This document shows, piece by piece, positions 42,145-50,254 of a DNA stretch of 64,000 bases. The notes under the pieces are model-generated. The model searched no databases. It saw only the letters and a list, made by a program, of their open reading frames with translations, and was not told where the DNA came from. The first letter of the stretch is position 1; every line of letters starts with the position of its first letter. The stretch is from Candidatus Latescibacterota bacterium (GTDB lineage Bacteria; Latescibacterota; UBA2968; GCA-2709665): positions 1,152,001-1,216,000 of the forward strand of contig OZ252100.1 in assembly GCA_965248435.1 (NCBI GenBank), written 5' to 3'. The position numbers and the translations under genes are program-made.

Positions 42145-42993
42145 ATGCAACAGACACTATTCCAACGCGGACTGAGCCAGAGTAGAGGAGAAGCAGCCGA
42201 AGTAGAACTGGAAAAGAAGCAAGAGCAACAACCAGCAGTAAAGGACTCGAAAGGAACAGACGAGCAAACTAAAGCCTATTCAGATTTCATTGATGAATGC
42301 GAGGCAAATAACACTCCATTCAGAGCTGTGTTAATTGAGGCTATAGTGAATACAACCTTGAGCGGAACAACCAGAATTCTATCTACATCGATTTCGGAAT
42401 TGGCTATGTGGGGATGTGGTGGAGACTACCAGAGCGAAGATGAGATTCTTGGAGAGAAGCAGACAGTATGTAAGGACTGCTACTTTGAGGATGATGAGAT
42501 GTTCTTCACTACTCAAATCAGAGCAGAAAACATAAGGCTTTTCGTAACAGACCAAGCAAGAGTGTGTCTTGAGCAAAGGGGCATTGACATTGATGGTGTT
42601 ATAGAAAAATGGACAGCAATTCAAAACACACTACCGAGCGAAGAACAGATAAGAGACTTTGCAAGGTTTACTGAAATCAGAAATGCACTTCATTCATTAG
42701 GCTGTCACATTACATCATCCGAAGACATTGGAGTGAAGAAAGAAATAGACATCTTGAATCAAGCCATCAGAGCTAAACTTGGAATGCGAGAGAAATATGG
42801 CAATAAACTTGAGCAGTGTCCTCTTGGTTTTTCTGAGAATTCAATACAAGAACTGCTGGATAGAAAAGCTGAGATTGTTGCTAAAGGGAAAGAGCTGGAA
42901 AGGGAGGGCAACGTAATTGTCGAGAAATATAGACCTGGATGGTATGAAGATGGGTATTTCAATGATGTGAAGTCCCAATCAAGGTTGGACTAA
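42145..42993 (+). CDS. Hypothetical protein
   Basis: 282-aa ORF with GAGGTGG RBS. Confidence 0.65.
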   Translation: MQQTLFQRGLSQSRGEAAEVELEKKQEQQPAVKDSKGTDEQTKAYSDFIDECEANNTPFRAVLIEAIVNTTLSGTTRILSTSISELAMWGCGGDYQSEDEILGEKQTVCKDCYFEDDEMFFTTQIRAENIRLFVTDQARVCLEQRGIDIDGVIEKWTAIQNTLPSEEQIRDFARFTEIRNALHSLGCHITSSEDIGVKKEIDILNQAIRAKLGMREKYGNKLEQCPLGFSENSIQELLDRKAEIVAKGKELEREGNVIVEKYRPGWYEDGYFNDVKSQSRLD

Positions 42994-43099
42994 CATACCA
43001 ATACCCCCATTAACATTCATAAGCTTGAACTACGAAAAGGAGTAAAGAGGTGTATGAGAAATCACAACAAAGACAAAAGAACCAAGTGATGAGCAGATT

Positions 43100-43903
43100 T
43101 TGGATAGAACCAAGAGCGGCTGGCTACGTCCGTATCTCCTGGCTTTGGACGATATGTTCAGCAAACGCTGGAACTATTGGCTGAGAACTCTGGATGAAGG
43201 GAAAGTCTTGGAGGAGAGGATTCCGCAGATTGAATGGTTGGGGCAAGGAGAAAAGGAAACGAGGAAAAACCTACAGGATTGTTTGGACTATGTTCACCAC
43301 CAGCGTAGAGATGATACGTTCAGCCAATTTACAGACTGGTTGCTCTATGGATTTGGAGACTCTGCACAGAGAGAGTTTCCGAAGAAAGTTGATGATAATG
43401 TCAATGCCCATTGGTATAAGACATTTAATATGGGTCTGATGCTGAAGCATCCCTACGATTACCTTGGAGAAATCGCCGCAGAGCTCTATGGCAAAGGAAA
43501 ATGGAATTCAACTGGCTATTTCCCAACACCATTGGATGTGTGTGTTATGATGGCGAAGATGACAATGAATGGAGCAAGAGAGGAGATGAAGACAGCTTCT
43601 GTGTGCGACCCTTGTGTTGGCTCTGGCAGGATGTTGATGGTTGCTTCAAACTCCTCGCTAAATCTTTACGGGATGGACATTGACTACAACGTCCTAAAGG
43701 TCTGCAAGGTGAATATGTGGATGTATGTCCCCTGGGCTATTCACCGTCCTAAGATTGAGGGGTTGGAATCAGCAGTGGGGATTGGGGGAGGAGATAGTCT
43801 CGCTCCTTCTTACACAGAACCAATCCAGAAAGTAACGCCTGAAGTCCAGCAGCAGCTTTTGAGTCAAAGGGGAGAGAAGCAGACGGATTTGTTCGGTAGC
43901 TAA
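43100..43903 (+). CDS. N6-DNA-methyltransferase-like protein lacking an evident catalytic NPP(Y/F)
   Basis: GYFPTP, VCDPCVGSGRML, YGMDID, GDSL. Confidence 0.72.
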   Translation: MDRTKSGWLRPYLLALDDMFSKRWNYWLRTLDEGKVLEERIPQIEWLGQGEKETRKNLQDCLDYVHHQRRDDTFSQFTDWLLYGFGDSAQREFPKKVDDNVNAHWYKTFNMGLMLKHPYDYLGEIAAELYGKGKWNSTGYFPTPLDVCVMMAKMTMNGAREEMKTASVCDPCVGSGRMLMVASNSSLNLYGMDIDYNVLKVCKVNMWMYVPWAIHRPKIEGLESAVGIGGGDSLAPSYTEPIQKVTPEVQQQLLSQRGEKQTDLFGS

Positions 43904-43912
43904 CTAAGGAAG

Positions 43913-44215
43913 CTAGCGGAAGAAACTCTCAACATCTTTTTTTCTTCTCTTTGCGAGAATCCTCTCAGCATACTTTTTTACTTTCTCTTTCGGATAATCC
44001 TTGTGCTCCTTGCAGAAAGAGAATTCTAACCCCTTTACAACCTCTTCTTTTGCACAACACTTAGGGCAAACCTGCCTCTCTTTGCCAGGTTCTTCGTTCC
44101 AACATCCTAAACACGGTTCCTGCCAGAATTCACCTACTATTGATTCGCTTTTGCAAGAAGAACATATCCTGAATTGAAGTCTGATTCCTTGATTCATCTG
44201 TATTTCTAACTTCAC
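43913..44215 (-). CDS. Cys-rich small protein
   Basis: CSSC, CLGC, CPKC, CKEH. Confidence 0.5.
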   Translation of the reverse strand: MKLEIQMNQGIRLQFRICSSCKSESIVGEFWQEPCLGCWNEEPGKERQVCPKCCAKEEVVKGLEFSFCKEHKDYPKEKVKKYAERILAKRRKKDVESFFR

Positions 44216-44340
44216 AAGTAGTTATATGTCTTCCCCTCCAAGTAACCTCCAGCCTTAATGAATTCTATCTCACACCAGAAAGAGTGAGCCGAAAGGTTTA
44301 TATACTCCGAATGCTTCATTCCTGAATGGGGTAATGTAGA

Positions 44341-44586
44341 ATGCTAACAAAAATGACAAAGGGAAGGCAGGTCTCAATCCCTGCCGAGCTTCGGAAGAAA
44401 TTGGAAATCGAAGATGGCACTCTCTTGGTGTGGGATGTAAATGCGAAAAAGGATGCATTGATACTGAAGCCTGTGAAGACTGGAACTCTCTCGGAACTGT
44501 TCAAAGAAGCGGATGGTATCAAGAACAAGACTAAGAAATCGGTCAAGGGAATTCTGAAGGAATATGATGAACAAATGCTTCATTGA
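44341..44586 (+). CDS. AbrB/MazE-family antitoxin
   Basis: KMTKGRQVSIPAELRKKLEIEDG; overlaps the PIN gene. Confidence 0.88.
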   Translation: MLTKMTKGRQVSIPAELRKKLEIEDGTLLVWDVNAKKDALILKPVKTGTLSELFKEADGIKNKTKKSVKGILKEYDEQMLH

Positions 44587-44971
44587 CGCTGACGTGCTGA
44601 TAACAGCGATCGTCGGGAAAGGAGAGAAGGCGAAAAGGTCAAGATCCTTACTTAGAAAGATTGAGAAAGGTGAGCAAAGTTTCTTAACAGACGCTCTCGT
44701 CTTGAGCGAAGTTTGGTATGGAATTGAACGACAGAAAGGAAGAGACTTCGCTGCGAAAGTGATCAAGGATTTCTTGAGCTTTGGCGAGCTGGAGGTAATT
44801 CCAGTTGACAGGAATGTTCTGTTTGAAGCGCTCAGACGAGCTGAAAAGAAAAGAAAACTGGTCGGCAATGATCTGATTCATTTGACTATTGCTCTTCTGG
44901 AAGGTGCTTCTGGAATTTACTCTTATGATAAAGACTTCGATGGATTAGAGGTGAAGAGAATTGAGCCGTAG
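44564..44971 (+). CDS. vapC: PIN-domain toxin (VapC)
   Basis: FIDADV, VLSE, NDLIH, SYDKDFD. Confidence 0.88.
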   Translation: MMNKCFIDADVLITAIVGKGEKAKRSRSLLRKIEKGEQSFLTDALVLSEVWYGIERQKGRDFAAKVIKDFLSFGELEVIPVDRNVLFEALRRAEKKRKLVGNDLIHLTIALLEGASGIYSYDKDFDGLEVKRIEP

Positions 44972-45475
44972 GAAGAGATTGAGTAAGCTGTTTGGTCTAT
45001 GCCCGAAACTAGAGCCAGGGCAGAAAGTAAAAGACAGACTGAGGAATAGGGAATTTCAGGACTTAGGAAATGTGGAGTTTGTCAAGGGGTAGAAAGTCTA
45101 ATGGCAAATGTTGGGAAAGTGCGGAAAAGAAGAACTGACAAGGATATTGAAATAGATATGGACTTGCACTTTGACCACTTGGATCGAGGGAGAAAAGAGA
45201 ATTGTCCTTGTGGTGTGTGCAGGGCAAAGGAAGAGTAATGAATTCTAAGTTGATTTAGATTTGGCAGAAGCCCTTCCCTTGAATAGAGTATCCGGCTCAA
45301 GCTTGCATTCCAACTTAAGCCAGTCCCTTTACTCAGGCAGATGAGGTAAAGGCTTAAGAGAATGCCAGCGTTGCGAGCACGGGAGATAGGCAACTGGGTT
45401 GCGGTAGGGAAGATTTCTGCGAATGTATGGATTGAAGACTCCACTCCTTGGTCTTGAAAGGCAGAAACCAGGGAG

Positions 45476-45718
45476 GTGGTTGAGATGAATGAATTAACAG
45501 CACAGCAAGAGGATTACTTGCTGGAGTCTGGAATGGAAAAGTTTAGAGAATGGAAGGAACGTCTCGATAGAGAAGATGAGGAAGACAGCGATGACGGATT
45601 TGAGTTTGATAACTCGAAAGCGATGGAGATAGCTCAGGAGGTGCTGAAGGCACGTAGAAGGAAGAAGGAGAATGAAGAGTTGGCGAGGCAGATGTTAGAG
45701 AAGGAACGAATAGCTTAG
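45476..45718 (+). CDS. Small charged hypothetical protein
   Basis: GGAGGTGG RBS. Confidence 0.5.
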   Translation: MVEMNELTAQQEDYLLESGMEKFREWKERLDREDEEDSDDGFEFDNSKAMEIAQEVLKARRRKKENEELARQMLEKERIA

Positions 45719-46247
45719 TTCCTTGTTTTTTTTCTATTCGAAAAAGAGGGCATCCAAGGTTGGATAGAGGGATGTTGGATACAGAATGATGGGAGAGGTT
45801 TAACCCTAATGGGCATTGGGGGATGAAACTCGTTTCATCCCAGGGAAGAAGCCGGAGGGTTTGATGAGGGGAATGATAGCCTTCGGTATGCTCAGGTTTT
45901 TGGGGGTGCTAATGGTGTGTAAAAAAGGAAAGTTGAAGGTGGGAAGGGAGATGATGAGGATAGGAAAGAATGGATGGGAATGGAGGGAGTAGGACCCCTG
46001 GCGGGGGAATGGATGGGCCCCCTTCGGGGGGAGGGAAAAGGAGGATGGAATGGAGGCGGGAGAATGAGGGAAAAGGTTTAGTTATAGAGATGAGGGAAGA
46101 GAAACAACGCCTATAACTATAACAAATAAAACAAATCTAACTGATTGTAGTTCAACCACATATACGCGAATTCAATTTAGCGGTATTTTTCCCCCTAAAC
46201 AAATACCTGCCATACTATTTAAGGCTCCCAGATGCTAAATATGCAAA

Positions 46248-46607
46248 ATGGTGAGGAAGGAAATACCGAGGCTGTATGACACTGAGAATATTCCTGTTGA
46301 AGAGAAAGTAATATTCGAACACTACTTCCTGCCAGGCACAGCTTGGGAGTGGTATATAGCTGAGTTAGATGATACAGGCAGGACCGCTTTTGGCTATGTG
46401 TGTTCTGGCCTAGATCCCAATTTTTCTGAGTGGGGCTATATTGATATGAAGGAGCTGAGAGAAGTCAAAGCCAGAATTGATGTAAGGCAAGCCAGATCTG
46501 GTACTAGTGTTGGAAGTTTTGAACAGGCTGTGGAAAAGGATATAGAGTGGTTTCCAAAGAAAGTTAAGGAGGTTGACAGCTTAATCCAGAGATTAGGACT
46601 TGGGTAA
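46248..46607 (+). CDS. DUF2958-like protein
   Basis: IPRLYDTE, YF.PG.AWEWYIAE, AFGYV, EWGYI...EL. Confidence 0.75.
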   Translation: MVRKEIPRLYDTENIPVEEKVIFEHYFLPGTAWEWYIAELDDTGRTAFGYVCSGLDPNFSEWGYIDMKELREVKARIDVRQARSGTSVGSFEQAVEKDIEWFPKKVKEVDSLIQRLGLG

Positions 46608-46635
46608 AAAGAGAATCTTAATTTCTAGTTCCTTA

Positions 46636-47166
46636 TCAAAGCATCCCGGTTTCTTTAAAACTTAACAAACTACTAGGGGGAGAGAAGATCAAATGGTCTA
46701 GCAAACTAATCCCAACAATTTCTCCTGCTTCCTCCAATCTCTTTGTTAACCCAATATCCTCCTGGCTAGGAGTAGAATCTCCAGATGGATGATTGTGGCT
46801 ACAGATAATAGCAGCAGCACTAAGGAGGATGGCGGGTTTGAAAACTTCTCTTGGATGCACAAGAGAGGCGTTCAAAGAGCCAACCGAAACTAAGTCTATT
46901 CCCATAAGTTGATTACGGGCATTAAGAATCAGAGAGTAGAAATATTCCTTCTCTGATCCATTATAGAGATGGTTGAGGATAGATAAACTATCAGACGGAT
47001 TGCAGATGCTTACTCTCGGCTTATAGGCCTGCTCCCGCACAACCTTTACCCCCAAACCTCTAAAGTCATACAAACTCTCATAATGCCTTCCTCTGAAGAC
47101 TGGAACTTTGATCGAGCTGCTAGGGGAGGGGAAGAGCTCTAGCTGCTCTCCCTTTCTATAGCTCAT
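46636..47166 (-). CDS. RadC-like JAB-domain protein
   Basis: VHPREVFK, HNHPSGD.TPS.ED, LLDHLI. Confidence 0.92.
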   Translation of the reverse strand: MSYRKGEQLELFPSPSSSIKVPVFRGRHYESLYDFRGLGVKVVREQAYKPRVSICNPSDSLSILNHLYNGSEKEYFYSLILNARNQLMGIDLVSVGSLNASLVHPREVFKPAILLSAAAIICSHNHPSGDSTPSQEDIGLTKRLEEAGEIVGISLLDHLIFSPPSSLLSFKETGML

Positions 47167-47597
47167 TCCTCACCCAATACTTTTTGAGTTTCAAGCTTCT
47201 CTAGAGACAATCCTTCTCCAATTTGCTTGATTTCATCTACTGAGAAATACCGATAGGTCTTTCCGTTCTTGCTGAAAGTCCGAAAGTTAGCCTTGATCCT
47301 GCATACCCCTTCTTCCGAAACTCTGTGGCTCAAGTCAAGAATCACTGGGTCTAACTCATCAACTTTTACACTCTGCTTGTTTGTCAACACCACTTTCTTC
47401 CCGCCAATTTCCTGAGTAATCTCTCTTTGCGTAAATGGTCTATGCACGATACTCCCATAGTTTGTCTCAAACACAACTCTGGTAGCTCTCCACACTCTAT
47501 TTATCCTGTCATGAAATCTCTCCACTGAAACTTTATGGATATCAATTAGTTTTTTCTCGCTCATTCTTCTCACCTCCCTTTTCCCTTGGTTTCCCAT
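47163..47597 (-). CDS. Hypothetical protein (start likely MSEKK)
   Basis: GGAGGTGA RBS; operon with radC. Confidence 0.55.
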   Translation of the reverse strand: MGNQGKREVRRMSEKKLIDIHKVSVERFHDRINRVWRATRVVFETNYGSIVHRPFTQREITQEIGGKKVVLTNKQSVKVDELDPVILDLSHRVSEEGVCRIKANFRTFSKNGKTYRYFSVDEIKQIGEGLSLEKLETQKVLGEE

Positions 47598-47997
47598 CTA
47601 GGTAAATCCTAACAATGGGTGCGTCATTCTCGTCCTGCTCACGATAGCAGTAGAGTTCTTGGCTTCTCTTTAGATTGGCCTGAAGAGCGATTGACTTCAA
47701 AATCCTCATCCTATGCACGCCTCTTGCTATATCCACACTCGGTGCCCAGGAAGTTGCGTTGATCCACTTTCTGCTCACCTTCCGTGGCTCTCCACTTAGG
47801 TAGACCGCGATAGTCGGTCTCTTGCCTTTGTATTCGTAGTAGTTGTGCATAATCCTGCCCTGCTCCAGACATAAGCCTCTGGCTAGCTCATTCGGAAAAG
47901 TCCAACGATACGTCACCCCTTTGTTCACTTGACAAGATGTCACCCAGGAAAATCGCTCTGGATGCGCATCAAGTATTTTTTGTCTCATAGCTTCCAC
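47542..47997 (-). CDS. Protein with two tandem AbrB-like repeats
   Basis: Internal duplication SW..S.....Y/HR......A...L......Y...P.(I/V)..YL.G.PR. Confidence 0.55.
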   Translation of the reverse strand: MEAMRQKILDAHPERFSWVTSCQVNKGVTYRWTFPNELARGLCLEQGRIMHNYYEYKGKRPTIAVYLSGEPRKVSRKWINATSWAPSVDIARGVHRMRILKSIALQANLKRSQELYCYREQDENDAPIVRIYLDGKPREKGGEKNEREKTN

Positions 47998-48929
47998 CCC
48001 CTAATTTCAGCTCAGTCACAAACGAGATTCCAGAACTCCCCATAAGACGCTAACGCTTTTTAATCGCTGCGGCTATGTGGCGGGTTTGTCGGGTGAAATT
48101 GGTTTCACATTCCAACCAAATCCTAACATCCAACTTCGCTTTGGAGATTGTTTGTTCTTTTAGGTAAATGGGCAACAGAACTTATGAGTCTTCACACCAG
48201 AACAGGTGTCAGTCTGATTCTCACGTATTCCTTCACGAACACTCTTAAACTGAAGACCTCTCTCTTGAGCTATGACAGAAAGAAAATCATTGGAACGGAG
48301 AAACCACGCGCTCTTGAAGGACTTGAACGCTAAGGTGGATTATCTGATTGAGAGTAGAAGGGAGTATGTCTTTGGCAGGAGATTCAGCGGAGAGTATGAG
48401 CCTGAAGGTCGGGTAGGATGAGCAGTCCAGATATTGAATCTGCAAGAAGTGAAATTCTTGCTATCCGGAGCAGACTCCTGGCTCGGGTTCAGAAGCTGTG
48501 CAAGGAAGCTGAAGGTGAGCTCGAAACTCTCTTGAAGAAGTGAGAGTATGGAATTTCACATCTATATTCTCTACTACAGAAATGTTTATATCCTTCGAGT
48601 GATTAGTGCAGGTAGACAGAATGAATGGAGTGAGGGATTTAGAATTCTTCAAGTGTGCCCGGCTAGGGCGTTCTGCTCCTATTCCAAATCCTCAATAAGT
48701 TAAGAGGGAATGGGATTAGGTGTGATCTGCTCGGCCAGAGCGTTCTCTTTGAATTCTAAATCCCCCCCACGTCTCAGACCTTTGTATTTGGCAAGTAGGG
48801 GTCAATCTGGGTGGGAACCCGTGTAGGAGTCACTCGCCCTAGCTGGGCGTATAAGCCCCTGGACTGAATCCCTCCCTACTGCTAAAAAGGACAGAACCAT
48901 TTGGTATCAAAGGAGGTGCTATGTAAGAA

Positions 48930-50195
48930 ATGGCAGAAAACGACATCTACAACAACCAAGGGAAATATGAGCGCTACAAAAAGAACTTGGAGAGTTTCCT
49001 TTTGCCGCCAGAGCAAAGGCCGAGGAGGGAGTCTTGGACATCAAGATATTACTGTAAGAATCCCGACAATTTGAAACACTTCAGAAGGCTTTTCATCGTC
49101 GTAGAGGCCCAGGATATAAGCTATATCAGGAGATGCAGGTTAATTGAAATCCTGAGAGTCATTACTTACTATGCAGAGAAAGAGCTAAGTCTGTTGGATC
49201 GAGAGGATGTGGATGTGATTATCGCTGGGATGCACAAGACACACAAATCCCCTGAGTCAAAGAAGTTCTTCATCCGAGTGATTAAATGGCTCTGGAGGAA
49301 GCTGTTTCCTGAGTTAGACGAAAGAGGAAGGATAGATGAGACAATCACGCCTTATGCGGTTCGACATCTCAAGGCAGAGATAGATCGAAGCAAACTGACA
49401 ACCACGAAAGACAGACTCTATTGGACTGAGTATGTTGCATATTTGAGGGGACTAACGAATGACCCGATGATGCAATGTTACCTGGGAATGCACTTTGAGT
49501 GTTATGGCAGACCTCAAGAACTCTGTTATCTCAAACGTTCAAACTTTCAGATTTTTGATGATTATGCCATTGGAGATGTGAGAGAGCACGGAAAGGAAGG
49601 GCCAAGGCGTCTCCTGATTATCGACTCCTTTCCCTACTTCATCCGCTGGTATAATCTCCATCCTTCTAAAGACACAGATGCCTACTTCTTTCTCAACGAA
49701 CACGGGAAGCAGTTCACGCCTGGAGCTGCGAATAAGAGAATTCGGAGCGTGACCAAGCTTCTTGGCTTGAAAAAGCACATCACCAACTACACTTTCAAGC
49801 GCAGTGGTGTAACCATTTCGGCGGAGCAGGGAGAACCTTCAGTATTGACACAGCATAAGGCTGGATGGACCTCTGACAAGCAGCGTAAGACCTACATACT
49901 TACCAGTCAATCAGATGCTTTCAACACAGAGCTTGCCAGGCGCGACCTTCTGAAAGACTCAAACTACAAGCCCTACTCCCCCAAAAACAGAACTTGCCAA
50001 TTCTGTGATACATTGAATGGATTTGCCGAGGAGGTTTGTGTAACCTGCAAGAGGCCATTGGATAGGACGAAAGTAAAGGAGCAGATTAGGAAGCAGAAGG
50101 AAGAGGCTGTGGCGGAACATCTCAAAAGCCCTGAAATGGAATGGCTGATGAAGACTGTGAAGAAATTTGATGTGGCCTTAGCCCAGAAGAAGTGA
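48930..50195 (+). CDS. Tyrosine integrase with C-terminal zinc ribbon, archaeal type (element B)
   Basis: GRPQEL, GK, YTFKRS, AGW...Y, CQFC...CVTCKRPL; AAGGAGG upstream. Confidence 0.85.
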   Translation: MAENDIYNNQGKYERYKKNLESFLLPPEQRPRRESWTSRYYCKNPDNLKHFRRLFIVVEAQDISYIRRCRLIEILRVITYYAEKELSLLDREDVDVIIAGMHKTHKSPESKKFFIRVIKWLWRKLFPELDERGRIDETITPYAVRHLKAEIDRSKLTTTKDRLYWTEYVAYLRGLTNDPMMQCYLGMHFECYGRPQELCYLKRSNFQIFDDYAIGDVREHGKEGPRRLLIIDSFPYFIRWYNLHPSKDTDAYFFLNEHGKQFTPGAANKRIRSVTKLLGLKKHITNYTFKRSGVTISAEQGEPSVLTQHKAGWTSDKQRKTYILTSQSDAFNTELARRDLLKDSNYKPYSPKNRTCQFCDTLNGFAEEVCVTCKRPLDRTKVKEQIRKQKEEAVAEHLKSPEMEWLMKTVKKFDVALAQKK

Positions 50196-50254
50196 CCTTC
50201 CTGCATTACCTCCCGCCATAGAATTCTTAGTATCCCATCTGCTCCAAAGTAGGG

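Noticed and set aside
48657-48850. Intron-containing or split archaeal tRNA
   Set aside because: No recognisable T-loop, D-loop or cloverleaf.
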